This document shows, one piece after another, positions 39,098 through 54,400 of a DNA stretch of 64,000 nucleotides. Each line of letters opens with the position of its first letter. Position 1 is the stretch's first letter. Under the pieces are notes generated by a model. The model was not told the DNA's origin and made no database searches. It saw nothing but the letters and a program-made list of their open reading frames with translations. The DNA comes from Paramecium tetraurelia (taxonomy: Eukaryota): positions 124,001 through 188,000 of the forward strand of contig CT867987.1 of NCBI GenBank assembly GCA_000165425.1. Reading direction: 5' to 3'. The position numbers were made by a program, and so were the translations under genes.

Positions 39098-40036
39098 AAA
39101 ATAAATATTAGATTAATACAAATTTCACAATAGCACAAAGAGTTGTATGTTAATTATGAGCATTTTTTGAAATATCAAAGAAAGCCGTATTTAATAAATT
39201 TCAATAATATGTAGAAGTTTAAAAAAATAATGAAATTCCTTGAACATTCATTCCAATATGATTAATAATCGTATGCCATATAGGAACATACATTTTAGAC
39301 ATTATTATTTTGATCCCCTTCAATTATAACCCAAAAAACTTTGAGTCTCGTCAAATCGCATTTTCATTTACTAATTAAAGGGGTCTTGGTATAAATATGT
39401 TGTAAGAACTAATTAATGAATTATAAAATAATAGGAGATCAGGAAAAATATTGTTTTAATCAAGGAAATGATGTACCAAAAATATCATATATATTGTTTT
39501 TTAATATTTTTTATATTAGTTGATTTTAATAATAAATCACATCAAGTTAATAATCAAACTTATTTCATGTTTTTGAAAAAGGTCTTTGAAGAATTTCCTG
39601 CTGAATTGGAAACACTAGCTCATTTTTAGAAAGGATGGATATACATCTAAATATTGAATAAGCAAATGTGATGATATAAAATAGATACAGAGATTTAGGG
39701 GATTTATTTTATTACTAACTATATTCATAATCAAAAGTGAAGTATTTATTATAATTGTATATTTTTAACGAACTAGAATGAACTCATTCTAAAAATTATA
39801 AATATTATGACTTATTTTTATTCGTTATCGATATCCTATATGTCTTCTGTAGAATTAAAGCATGCAACCTTAAAGGAATTGGTTTTTGTTAAGAACAATT
39901 CTTAAAAGTTCTTTTTGGCTAATACTCAGTTATTGAATTTTAGAGATTTCAGATGATAGTTTATTCTTATGTTTTTATCTGTAAGCACATCTCATGTTTA
40001 TATTGAATGAATCAATTTGTGTATATTATTTTAATT

Positions 40037-43000
40037 ATGTAATCTCCAATAGCTAGAAAGAAGCATCCTTCTAAAACTTTTGTTGTCAAGAAGAACACTC
40101 AATTGTTTTAATCTGCCGATCATGGGAACAAGAGATAAAAATCATAAAAAATGGACAAATCCTCCAGAAGAAGAGGAAATTTCTTGGATAAATAGGACGC
40201 ATTTTAAATCAATAAATATGCAGCCAAGATCAACCATAGTTCTGATTCAGAATCTGATAGCGATGTTTCTATTGGAAAGTCTGGTAAATCTGAAAGTTCT
40301 GAATCCAGCATAAAATCAGCAAAAACAATCAGACCACGCTCATCCAAAAGAATACGAGGAAATCTTAATTAATACACACAAGACTTATTCTCGACTATAA
40401 TAAGGAAGACGGAAAGCCAAAAGGACTAGCAAAAGTAAGAATATATCCTATGATTTAAGAGAGGAAATTTAGTAAAAATTATTTGAAAGAATGGCTGACA
40501 AAGCTACAGCAGAGAACTATTTACTCCACTAAAATTTAGAAAAATTTGACTAGCCTTTTAAGAGAAGCAATCAATTTTCAAAGGATGGGTAAGATTCTGA
40601 ACATTCGTTTGAAATATTTTCTAACCTCTCAAATGAAGATAAGCAATCATATAATTCGGACACAAGTGTTTAGATCGAAGAAGTTTAAGACCAATAGAGA
40701 ATCTCACAACAGAGAGAAAATTCGTGCCATAGTCTCAAGATGTCCATCTAAACTCCCAATGCTGAATTTAGTGTAAACCAATAAATTTTATTAGTCTACC
40801 TATTTCAAACCCAGAGTCTCTAATTTACGGGTATCCCTAGCTGGTTTTAGTCCCTTGTAAGTTAGTCATTCATCCTAATCTTCCGAAGATGTATGAAACA
40901 ATTATTAATTAGGAGAATTTTGACCAATTATAAAACTTGTCAAATTAATTCGACAAGATTTATTAAAAATTATCTTATGTTAATGGAGCGTAATTTATCA
41001 AATATAGAAAACTTGAAAGCTTCCGTAAATACCATTTGATTTATGTAATAATCAAAAATAATTGAGAGCTCTTATATAGATAATTACAAAATGTTAAAAT
41101 TTAGAAAATATGTGCTTTACTTATATTTGATAATAAAGAGACTTTCTAAAATTATTGTAAGATCCAGACTATTTTAATACATATTGACTTTAGTTACCTT
41201 AGGAAACATAACTATTTATGTGTTTGAACATCTTTAATAGTAAGAGAATAAATATAAAGATATTTATTTTAGTAAATATTATAATTTAAAACTTAGTTTT
41301 TTTATGGTTTTATGTCGTAGATATAGTGTTATAACTGTGTGCTTTCGGATTGTTTCGTACGAAATTAATCTTTCTATCAAGAGTGATCGATGCTTCATTA
41401 ATTATTCTATTTTATTATCATTTAAGCTATTCTGACAATATTTTGGACATAACACCATTGAGAATGACAAGATTGTTGAAGCATCTCGGAGGTATTTTTG
41501 CTGGTACGTAAATGTTCATAATATAAAAAAGGGTTATAAAGAATGATTGAAGCATTAATAGAATCCTTAAAATTTATTTTGGAATCAACAGCAATTGTAA
41601 TTTTATTTGCTTTATTTTTTGCCTCTCTAGGAACTTCATTATTTATGGGTTTGCTTAATTAAAGATGCTTGCCATCAGATGAGTCAGAATGGGTGTAATG
41701 TTAGCAAGGTTTATGTCCAGATGGAATGACTTGTTAGATGACAGACAAATCATATAATATTCCAACAAACTTCAACAATATCATCTATTCTTTTGGCCTT
41801 ATTTTAAAAACAGTTACAATGGATGATTGGAGCTGGGTCATGTATTATACAATTAGGGCATTTCATCCAATTGTCTGGATATATTATGTGTTGATAATAT
41901 TTGTGGGGGGGTTTTTCGGATTCAATCTTCCGATAGCAGTATTTAAGACTCATTTCAGCGAAATGCAATTTAGAGAGGTGAAACATTAAGATGAAAGAGA
42001 AAATGTACTCAGCAAATCTAATTTGACTAGAATTGGATTTTATCACTACATAATTTAGTTGAATTAATTTTTGCTTTCAGACTCTCCTGATATCATAATA
42101 AATGAGCCTTAGACAAACAAAATACAATAATTTTTTGATTTATAACCAAGAATTTTATTGGGAAGTGTCTTAAATGAAAATCGAATGAATGAAAGCAATT
42201 TTTCTCACCTAAAAAATTAAATAAAAAACTTTTCACTCAAATTCTACCTCCTGCCAAAATTATCTATTCTTTAAAAATTCTACCTTAATTTGGACATCAA
42301 GAAATTTACTTTAGATTCAAAAATTTAAGAAACTATTAAATAATTTAGCAAATCGTCGTTTTTACTTGAAAAATATGTAGATTATAAATATCAATATATA
42401 TAAACAAGTCAATTAGATATACTAAGAAATTCACTTTTTCAGGTCCTTAAAACCACAGATAATAAAAATTCTAAAGCCTATAAAAAAAAAGTGTTTTACT
42501 ATTAACCAATTTAACGGAAGAAATAAGGAATTTAAAGAGAAGGAAAATCATTTAAATCTGAATCAATAGGAGCAATACAAGCAAATAATCCGAGATCTTT
42601 TGCTTAATTACCTATAAAAGTTTCAAAAAGAATAAAAAAAAATAGTTTAAATCCTTCAGAAATACATGGTGTAAAATCTAGTTCAATGTCTTATTCTCCA
42701 AATGTGGGAGAAATTCATAATAAAGAAATTGAAAAGTAGAGAAGGAAGTTCCCTTACTTTATTAGTGAATAATAAAAGTTCGTTCCTAAAGAAACTTTGT
42801 ATAAGCCTTTTACGATATATCATTGTGGCGAATTGAAAGTACTTTTACATGGGAATTATTTGGATTATGAAGATGTTTAAAAGAGGATAAAAGCCAAAAT
42901 TAAATTTAAGCAGGAAGAGGAACTAAGATTTTAAGATGAATACACCAAAATCAAGAGAAAAGAGTTTCAAAAGAGATTCATTAAATCAAGAAATTGGTCT

Positions 43001-46000
43001 GGGAACAATATATTGGCCAATAATTGGGTTTTAATAAAAAAGTTCAATGATATTTTTTAATAGCTAAACCTAAGGGATATTGAAATTTGGCAAAAATCTT
43101 TCAGTGGTATTTTGATGGCTTTGAGAAAATATGCATTTTTGATAATGCACTTTAAGTTAACAAAATTTATTTTTGATTTAACAATTCTTATTAATACACT
43201 ATTTTTAGCTTTACAAGGTATAATATAAAGAAGCATAATTGATTAAGTAGAAGATATTGCCACAATATTATTATCGACTGAAATCATTCTATAATTGATT
43301 GTCTATAAACCAAGTAATTTATTATAAAAGTATTAGGAAGAATTGCAAAAAACAAACATCTTGTAATTGAATTACTCATAGTCATCTTGAGTTTGATAGA
43401 ATTCGGGTTTAGTAGCTATTTGAATGTAAGTGAACAATATTTAAGACTAATGAGATCTACAAAATGCCTTCTATTTTATAGATGCATAGCCTACATCTAC
43501 ATGGCTCGAATAATTGGAGCCATAGCATAAATTACATACAAGTCTTATGTCTATTTGGCCTTTCTTATGTTCTTTATGATCTTTACTTTTGGGTTGATTG
43601 GAATGGAGTTGTATGCTAATAAATTCGATAGTTATCACAAGGAAGGTTATATGCATTCATTTGATGATCCAGCGAAAGCATTTATGACAGTATTTAATAT
43701 AATGACAAATGATGATTGGTTTGGAGTTTATAGAATTGGTACAGAAGTGTAGACAGAACTCTCAATAACTTATTCTATTGGGTTGGTGTTTACACTCAAC
43801 TATTTTATTTATGGAATCATGATGGCTATATTATTGGATGGATTTAGCCAATATTTAGAAAGGGAATCCACAAACGACTAAAATGAATTCCTGAAAGATA
43901 AGATTAAATAAATAAATAAACTCAACAAGCAATTAAATTCTTAGGCTTCAGAACATGATTCTGATTCAGAATCCGAATCAAACTCTAGTTCATCCTCAAT
44001 ACAATAATACTAGGATTAAGCTAACAATGTCTAAAGTGTTACTAATAGATATCATGTAAGAAAGGAGAGTATGTCCCCTGACAATATCTTAGCATCTTCT
44101 AATAATTTAAGAGAGTAATTAAAGAGGGATAGTAATTTCACAGAAAAAATATTTCATTCTCTACAATTCCCAGTGGCCAGAACTAGAAAAATGGATTAAT
44201 AGGAGGAGGAGAAAAAGAAAATAAAAGAAGATTTTAGAAGATTAAAGGGCAAAGTCAACATGCTAAGGGTGAAGTCTTCTGAACCGAAAACTATTAAATA
44301 TTTGTAAGATAATTTAGAACAGGTCTACAAGAAAACATTCAAACAGAATCATAAATTGTATGCTGGGGTTGATTGCTTGCAATCCTACTATTGCTTTAGT
44401 AGATCGAATTCTTTAAGAAAACTCTTCTTTAGAATCAGTGTTAGTGCTTATACCAAATATTTTATTGATTTGATATTGCTTCTCTCCATTACTTATTTGG
44501 CTCTACCACAGGATATTTAGGAAACACCCTTGTGGGTTACCATATTATTTATTTTGAATTCAACAATTTTTATTGAATTTATAATTAAATCTATCGCTTT
44601 TGGGGCATGTCTTGATAAGGGATCATATCTAAATGTATTTATTTTTATAATTCATAGTATACATGGAAGGTGATTGATTTAGTATATATAATTGTGTATT
44701 ATTTGGAATTCTTTAAAATTGCCAATCTACCTATTTTTATTGTGATAGAGACCTTTATATATTTTAGACCTTTGAAGTTGCTTTATCGAATAAAATGGGT
44801 AGTTCGAGTGAGAGCAGCTTTAACATAATCCTTATTTGATATTATCAATGTTTTTGTAGTCTTGCTTTTAGTGTGGCTAATGTTTGCTGTTTTTTCAATG
44901 ATGCTGTTTGCAGGTAAAATGGGGTTTTGTGAGGAATAAATAAATTATGATGTGGGGTAGTAGGAGTGTATGAAACAAGGCAAAGAATGGAGAGTATATA
45001 AGCACAATTTTGATAATATTACTACTGCAATGCCTGTATTATTCATTATTTCAACCTTTGATGGATGGGGTTCAGTCTTATGGGTGTCACAGAACAGCAG
45101 AGAAGCTTCGAATGGCCCGCATCCTTATTTCAGTTAAATTCCATCATATTTATTTTATGTGGCCTTTTGCACTGTAGGATCAATGTTTTTCCTGTAGTTG
45201 TTCACTGGTGTGTTATTCATCAATTTAAAGGCCAACTCGAAATTAATGGAGAACCAGTAATTAACATAGGCACAATTAGAGTATATTAAGATTTCAGAAA
45301 TCATTCTACATGATCATCCCATAAGAGCCTCCTTACCTAGATCTTAATTAAGGAGGATCTTGAGTAATTTCATTATGAATAAATACATGGATTTGTGCAT
45401 GTTTTCTATTTTGCTAGTAAATTGCGTTGTTATAATGATGATTTATCATTCAGCTGATGATCTTTATAATGGAAGGATCAATAAGATTCATCATGTTTGT
45501 ACTTTAATTTTTGCGACTTGGTTGCTACTCCAATTTTTGATCTTAGGAATCAATAGATTTAAGGATAATTTATGGAGAACCTATACATCCTTGGTTATTA
45601 TTTTAGGAGTTGTTGATTTGATTCTGGATTATAAATATGATTGGTTCCGGTTGTATTGCTACTCAACCTAATTAACTTAGCATTATTAATTGCTGAGAGT
45701 GTTGTACACTCTGAGAAATTTAAGAATCATACTCATCTTCCAAGGATTGTAGAAGCTCTAAAGATTAGTAAGAGTAATGTCATTTGCATTTCCATTCTTA
45801 CTTAAGATTCTTTTCATCCTCCTAATTATAATGGTTGTGTTTGCCTTTTATGGAGTGATGTTATACGGAACTATAGACAAGGGGGAAGTCATTAATGATC
45901 TAATCAATTTTTCAAACTTTTGGTTGGCAATGTTGACACTTTTTAAATGCGTTAGTGGTGATGATTTTCGATCCATTATGAATGACTGTATGCATCACAA

Positions 46001-46859
46001 TCCTTATTGTTCAGAAGACCCTAAATATTGTGGTTCACCCTATGCTTAAATCTATTTTATTTCTTTTATGCTCATATCTAATTATATCCTATTGAATTTG
46101 TTTGTTTTGGCAATGATAGAATAATTTGAATTCTTCTTTAACAATTAAGATTCCATTCTTTAAACATACGTAGAAAATATCGACTCATTTAGAAAAGCAT
46201 GGTTCAAATTCTCAAGTTAGAATGGACAAGTATTAAGCATTAGATGCTTGCCTCATCTATTGATTGAAATCAAAGAACCACTCGGCTGTAAACCCTATGA
46301 TAATGTGTGGGATGCTGCCAAATTGAGTTTGCAATTTAATCTATTTTGTGACATTGGAGATAACATCTCCTATAATTAATTGCTATACGAGATTTTTCAT
46401 CGTCGATATTAGAAGCAGATCTTCGACCAATGTTCAGAAATGGCAGCTCAAAAGATGTCTTAGTTCCATAAGACTATGATTTTTAGATTAGCCTACTATC
46501 GAAGAAGAGGATTTAGATAGAGAAGGAAAAACATTGGACCTCAACTTAAATTAGATGGAAATGGCAATATAATGCATATGTTATTGATGTCGTTAGTTGC
46601 ATTCAAAGTCTGGAGATCATATACCAATCACATAATTGCTAACATTATTACGGACTAATAATATTTCTCGGAAAGAACTGTAAGGGATACTGAACCTATC
46701 AGACATTCTATTACACTGAAAAGCATTGAGAGTTAAGAATCTAGGATAAAATTAAATGATAATCCTGTTTATCAAAAAAGAAGGATGGGTAGAATGAAGA
46801 GAGTTTCATTGCAAGGATAAATTAATGACTATTTACCAGGGGATTGCATAAACGTATGA
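40037..46859 (+). CDS. Four-domain voltage-gated-type cation channel alpha subunit, copy B
   Basis: P-loops TMDDW, TNDDW, TFDGW and SGDDF. S4-like LRMTRLLK and LRVLYTLRNLR. EIKEPLG motif. TGA 46857-46859. Confidence 0.85.
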
Positions 46860-47059
46860 TTTTTCATCTTATTTTAGCCAAAACCTGTGTTAAAAAGAAA
46901 AAGTAGTTTTGGGATAGAGGAAGGAAATGTTTAAACAGTTTATCATTCGCGTTAAATATAGAGGATATAAAAAATATATAAATTGAATTGATTATTATTA
47001 TTATGATTAATTCTAATATGTAACAAAGTATAAATTTTGAATTGAGATTCATATCCTTT

Positions 47060-50000
47060 TCATACTTCGTCCTATTATAATCTAGAATTATTATGAAAAC
47101 TTCTCATAGATACATTTTTAGATGGCCTGATTCTTTCAAATGGGTTACGATTCGATTTACTTCTTTTATACATTTTTTTTTCAACTCCCTTCACATAAGA
47201 ATAATAATAAGTGATTTTCTTAAGAATTTCATCTATATTAAATTCAGGGAAATACACAAGAGTAGATTTACAACAATCAATCTCAATATTTTGATTTGGA
47301 TGAACAATATCCAGAATCTTCTATTGCAAATAATTCTCTTATATATATTCGGCAGATTAGCTTACCGGGTCAATTTAAGTAATACTCGGAATAGGATTTG
47401 CTTACCCCATTTTTTTAGACTCTCGAATGCTGACTCTTCCTAATTTCTAATCAAGTGTTGCAAACAGCTATTATTTTTATTATTGACTTGGACTTAAGTT
47501 TACTTATTGAGATTAATTAATTTTTCGCTAGAGTTGCTGACCTAACTATAAAGTTGTTTTTCTTTTCTTCCTTCTTCTCTCACCTCCAATTTACATTCTC
47601 CTCTCTTAATTTTCAATCTATTTCTTGATTAATGATTCTTTCATATCACTCTACTCACTAGTCCTGCTAAGCTGTTTCACTAAATATTTATCTTAATCTA
47701 ATTAATAAGTTAGATTTCCAAACTTTTAGGACAAGAAAAAATTGTTGAGTTCATCAAAATTACATGATCTTCTAGGACTACTTTAGAGTGCCTTATGGTA
47801 TAATTTATTGTTAAATGAAGTAGGGATTTGATTATTGGCAACACCATATATTTATGATTATTATTATTCTAATGCTTCAGTTTCTTTTTCTAAGATTTCT
47901 TTCTTAAATACTTAGAAGGCTTTGTATTTTTCTTTTCCAAATTAATTTTTCTAGAATAACGTGAGGCTTTTTTTTAGCTCATGAGTTGGTGTGATATCTT
48001 TCAAATCAGTTGTCATTCCTCCTGTCAACGTTTTTGTGCTTTTCTTTTAAAATGCCTTTTAAATTTCACCGTTTGTGATAATTGGAGAATCTTACAGATT
48101 TTTAGAAATCTCATCTGCAACTGATGAATCTAATTCAATTTTTTTGCTCAATTAAAATCCTAGAGATACCAAGTACTCGTCTGTATATTCTCTATAATAA
48201 CTTAAATTATTTACTATTCAGTTATATTTTCAACTAGTAATTTTAGTGCTCCTTCTTAAATACTATTGAGAGCCTCTCTAGTTCTTGATTTCATCGATTG
48301 TCGATAAGGAAATTTAAGCCTATTATTCAATCTGACAGTTTTGAAACTACTAGCTATTTTATTAATGTTGGGTTACAAAAATACAAATGGACATCTAAAT
48401 ACATTAATATTATTACTGGATAAAATTGTGAGTCCATCCACAAACTTCACATACATTTCCAGTACCTTTAAATTAGGGATCAAACAACAATCTATCCCTC
48501 TTCATACAAAATATTTCATATTCTTAATCACTTTCACTAATAACATTAATAAAGTCCTCGTAACTAATGAGATTATGAAGAAAATTATTACTCAATATAA
48601 GCCATTTAAGTAAATCTTAAAGCCCTTACTTTATATTCATACGGCTGCTATGTTATGAACTCTCTCTCTCCTAAAACTGCTCTAATATTGGATCATATGC
48701 ATTACCCAGAATTGACCTTATTGAGAAAAGTTTCTGTGGCTTCATAATATTCATTTTCATCTACTATTAGTATATATAATTACTCTTATGATCTGCTACG
48801 AATTCTAAGGCTCCTGAAAGTACAAACCAAATTTTAGTTGGTTGATCAAATCGAGAATACAACACCTCTTCCGGTAACACTTTTTTCTCCTTCACAAATT
48901 AACATAGATTATTAATTGTAAGTTCTTTAAAATTTTCTCTCAGAAATCTGGACTTCTTAAGAGTATTACTATATAAATCTGTCAAAACCTCCTCTCTCAA
49001 ATGTTTAGTTAATTGATTGATAAATATCTCTGCATGACTATCTTCCTCTTGTTCAAGTTGGAAAAAGTATTCAAAATACTTCTTGACCTGGAGGATAAAT
49101 TAAACCATTACTTTTAATGACAGATTAAGATTTAGACCTCGTTTTCTAATATGTGAATGAATTTGACGCAATTTAAACTTATAAGTAGTCTTTTTATCAG
49201 ACATCTATTTAAAAATATTGCCGATATTTGAAATACAATATCCAAATACTCCACAAAGTAGCAATGTTACAACGATAACAAAAATCCTTTCAAAAGTTGT
49301 GACTGGTACAATATCTCCATAACCCACTGTAACTGTTGTGATTACACTCCAATATAGAGATATGATATATCTGTCAAACCAATGATAATCAAAAGCCTAT
49401 CTATCATAATGAGTTAGCCAATTGTCAGTTATGCCAAAAGATTCATATTCTGTTAATGCAACAAAATGCCATGCACATCCACAAAAGTGACCTGTCAAAA
49501 CCAGAAAAAAGATAAGCTTTAAAAGATCAACAACAATTTGGATGTTCTCCTAATCATATCAGTTTATTATTACTTCCAAATTCAATATTTCTTCAATATT
49601 TTGCATCAAAGGAGTCAGTCTCGTCAATCGAAATAATAATGTGTATCTAACAAAAGGTATGTTCATATTTGACATCAGGAATGGTATTACAACCACTAAA
49701 TCCCAAAAGAAATTGTCTTTCAAATAATGTTTCACTATAGACTTTCTATCTTCATGCATCAAACCCTTATCATAATAAGCAGTATTAAAATTAATTATTA
49801 TCTCCGCTATAAATATCCATGATGGTAACAAATCAAATAAGTATTCAAATACTCCTTAAGTTTAAATATTGAAACTGATGTTTATGGGAATGTAAAATAT
49901 GTTCATCACAATGAAGAGTAATAACAAAATATCCCAGACAATCTTAAATTTGCTATCAGGTCTTATGACTATTATGATTCTACTTAATAATTCTAATCCA

Positions 50001-50866
50001 TATTCCAAGCAATGTATGAGTCTGGTTGCTCTTTTTTGAAAATTATATTTCAATATTAAAAATAAACTAGGCTTCTGTTTAATTTGCCGAGAAATTAAGA
50101 TATATTCAAAATTACTAGACAAATCTCCTATAATAGAAAATATTTTTCTTGTCATAAGTTTAAATTTTATGGTCTCAGTTTTAGTTTTTAGCTATTGAAT
50201 AAATCTCGATACTAATCTTATTATTATAAATCCTTTAACAGCCCAGATATTATTTAACCTACTAATCATTTTAAATTTTACCCGATTTTCCCTTCTTTTC
50301 TTCTACTGTTCCTCTTTGATGAAAGCTCATTGGTTTGATAACTTTTTTACTTCAATGGCTCCTTCGTCTTTCTTAACTTAACTTCTTCCAATTCAAATTA
50401 TTGCACAAAACTTTAGTATTTATCTATTCTGGAGCATGACTTTGCTCCTTACACTTATTAGTTGAATCTAGAATCAATTATTAATCCAGTATGTGCTTTT
50501 CTGTTAGAACCCTAATTATTGTATTGGTTATTAGCGATTCTCTGATTTCTAATGAAGGTATTTGTTCGTGATCTTGCAGATTCTTGATCATATCTGTTAT
50601 CGCTTATATGCTCCAACAATAATATACCTAACACTGCTCAAGTAATCATCATCTTCTGAACTTTCTCCTTTATGTCCATCATTCAAAGCTCGGAAATTCA
50701 TGCTATCAAATATTTTTCTCTTATGTTTCAGTGCTTCGTCAATCGTTTGCTCTGCCTCATTATCATTAGAGTAAATTGGTAGGAGCTCCTCAAATCGAGG
50801 AGATGTGATATTCTAACTATAGATAGGCTGATCTATGCAAAGGAACGGACTCTCCCTTTTTTTCAT
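47060..50866 (-). CDS. CNBD-containing (KCNH/EAG-like) potassium channel
   Basis: RPDSKFKIVWD, INFNTAYY, S4 LLFRLTRL, pore YWSVITTVTVGYGDIVP, C-linker and cNMP domain. Confidence 0.92.
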
Positions 50867-51477
50867 TATTTAATTTTATATAGATAATTACTTTTTAATC
50901 AAAATCTTTAGGTATGGATTTTATTTCACTTCCTTAAGAAAGATTATCACAGATAGTACCAATGAAAAATTTCAATATTTTTTATTTTTAACTCCACTTA
51001 ATCAATAATTTTTGTAATCATTTTAAACAATAATTGGAAGAACAAGAAAGAATTCCCAGATTAAACTAATCATAATATATTTAAATTAGTATCTTAAATG
51101 GGTCTTAAATCTTTTCGATTGTTTAAGTTATAGATAATTAAATTACAGTCTAAATTTAGATTCATACAAATAATTATAAAATTAATATACTTTTTTTTCG
51201 ATTTCAAACCATATAGCTGGGATACCATATATGTGTTGCCAGATTCTTAATTATTCTTTATAAAAAATCCATGACTTTATAATTTTTGGTTAATTTTCCA
51301 CCTTAATTTATTTGGCTTTTTTATTCGATAGAGAGCATTCTTAGAGCATGGGCTACTTTTATAATTTTTCATTTTATTCAACATCGTACTGTTATTGTTC
51401 AAATTACATTAAATACAGATATATAACGAAACTATTTTTAGAATATGCTTATAATAATATTAAAAATAATTTAAATT

Positions 51478-54400
51478 ATGCAAATTATAGGGAAAATCAT
51501 TAAAAATTAACTTAGAGAAATGCAATAATTGCTCAAAGAATCCAAGGCATCCACTTAGATAAACTTAAAGATTTTATCATTGTTCTATGTAGGAATCAGA
51601 TTGAGTATTTTATTGCCCACATCTTAATTTGCGAATGAAAATTACAATGTATGCATTTTGTTTTGATTATTTCCAAGGATGAAAAATTTATCTTATTAAA
51701 AACAATAATAAATTGGTTTACAGTGCTTAGCCCTATAAATTCTATGAATAACCATAGTATTATAATAATCTCTGTAATAATAATAAGCATACTTCATTGG
51801 ATCTCTACTTTAATTATTATTTTTGGAAGCTTTGAATCTAAAATTTTACACCATTATAGCCAGAAGTACTTCACCTACTTAAGCTCTCTTCTACTCTATC
51901 CTACATTTATACACATACAAAATTTAAAATTTATTGGTGATTTTAATGAAATTGTTATTGTTTCCATCATCCCTGTCATTTTCAATTCAACTATTTAAAA
52001 TTACATTCAGCGTAACTACTCTCTACCTACCAGAAACCCTTTTGTAAAAAGACATCGAATTTCAAATTATCTTATTTCTTTGATAGAAATGATTGGATTG
52101 GTTTCAATAGTATACATATCAGAAGAATATCAATGTGTGTTATTGATTTTAATATATTTTGTGCAGCTCTTAGATGCTTTGTTCGTAAATCCTTATTAAT
52201 ATTATGTAAATTTATAATATTGCTTTTGGAGCAGTCTTCTATTTTTTGCATCCCTGTTTAAACTGATCGCCTTTTTTTGGGATACATATTAATATTTCTA
52301 CTTAGGTATATACCTCATACCGTTGTTGAGCTTTGTGGTATAAGGATATTTTCAATAACAACAAGAAGATAATTTAATTTAGAATTGTCTATAAAAAGAA
52401 TTGCTGTTACAAATTGTAGACATGTATTATTCAGGAAATGAAATCACAAAGAACAAGATACTGTATATAATACGTACGAAATTCTAAATAGTGATAAAAG
52501 AGAAATTCGACATTGACTTGTAGTTGTAGTAATGCATAATGCAACTATTCACTAAAATCATCGAGCAACAAAATATCTCAGAGAGATATCAAGATGAGGA
52601 CTTTTATATCTATAAGATCCTATTTTTTTTGTAGACATGCGAAAAACAGAATCTAGGATACATTAAGATGAAAAAGTTTTAGGCATCAACAAATTCTCAG
52701 TCATTATACTTTCAGATTCTAGCAGATAACATTTATTCTTCAGTTGTTAAGAATAAAATGAAAAAAAAAATAACTCAACAAACAGATGACTCTCAAAATT
52801 CATTAAGTTTAACAGAAATAAGAGCAAGTTAAATGTTACATGAAAAAAGCATGACTGTTATTGCATAAATACTATCGACGAAACTGAAATTCTGGGAGAG
52901 ATTATAATAAGGATATTCAAAAATTGAAGAGTTGGCAAAACAGTCAGAAAATTTAAGTAATTTACTAATTAAGTTAAAGAATCTAGTATTTAGTGAACTA
53001 TAAATTAATGTTTTTTCAATACAAAAAGATTTATTCAAACTCAATATTTTAGATTTGAGATTGTTGTCTCTCATATTCTCAGGAGTCTTAAATGATTTCC
53101 ATATAACATTAGAAATTGAGTAGCGAATAGAAGAACTGCTTAGTTTCGAAAGAAATTTATAAAGTCGAAATATCTTAAATACTACTCTTTTGAATGACGA
53201 GGTTATCTTAGTATCTGTGAGTATGTTGAAGAATTAAGGGCAGATTATGGCCAGCAATAGAACTAAAATGTAGAAGTTCTTTCAGTATCCCACAGAAGAT
53301 TCATTCATGCAAATTTAACATATAAATTAATTGCTACCTAAATACTTGCAAGAGAGACATGATGAATTTGTCAACAATTTTCTGAGAATTGGAGAATCAT
53401 TTATATTTGAATAAAGTAGAGATGTATTCCCTATATATTAAACAGGTTTTTCATTCAATTCTACTCTGTAATTAGTGCATTCGTATGATAATTTAGATGA
53501 TTATATAGTGACTGCGGCAATAAAGTAAGTGAATGAAAATACTGATTTTATTATCTTTGATGATACAGGAAGAATCTTGGGGATATCAAAGTCCATTTAA
53601 AATATTTTGTTATCAAATAGTAAGTAGGAATTTGATGAGCAAATTTTAAAGTCTTACATTTTCTTCTGGTTTCATAATTTATTTGATTCTGTCTAATAGT
53701 TTTAGCAGGAATAGCAAAATGATTAGTTGAATACATTTAAGATTAGTACCCAGAAGACGTTTGTCACCCCAATTTCGGATATTGATATTATATTAAGGGA
53801 ACATGAAACCTACAGAAAATCTCATTTGATAACTTAAACAAGTGGAATGAAGACGGAATAATAAGAAAATACTTATCATTAAGTTTAATCACAACCTAAA
53901 TACACGTGCTTTAAGAAAAACTATATATAATAGACCCAAGATTTTGTTTCCAGTTGTTCTTTGAAAGAAAACTCCGTGCATCCTTATTATCAGATAGTGT
54001 ATAATCTCATATTAAATGTAATGAAAAATAAGTATCCATATTTTTTGATGCAAATTACTGAATATAGATATAAAGATGTAAAAAAATAAGGTCTTGAATT
54101 GTCCAATAGTGCTATTAGCTCTTTTTATCAGTCCAAAAATATGAAAACAACCGACTAAGTCGAGGATGATTTTCAATTGGATGAAAATGATGGACCTTTA
54201 AACTTTGTCATCAACTAACCGGTTGTTAATAAGTTATTGATAAATGATCAAGATGATGAGACTTACTAAGAAGCTAATGTGAATCGAAACTTGCCATAAT
54301 AGAAGTCTATTGACCCTAGGGAAAGCAATTTGGTGTCTCCAAGAGGAAACAGAGAGATCTTGATTTAAAAAGAATATGATTATGAAGACGAAGAGGAGGA

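Noticed and set aside
39098..40036. Search for ncRNA, transposon ends or telomeric repeats in the channel spacer
   Set aside because: I recognised no structured RNA, terminal inverted repeat or C4A2/C3A3 repeat.
50320..50350. Apparent in-frame TGA in the K+ channel N-terminus (readthrough or Sec candidate)
   Set aside because: On re-reading, the TGA is out of frame; the true frame reads ...YQTNELSSKR.
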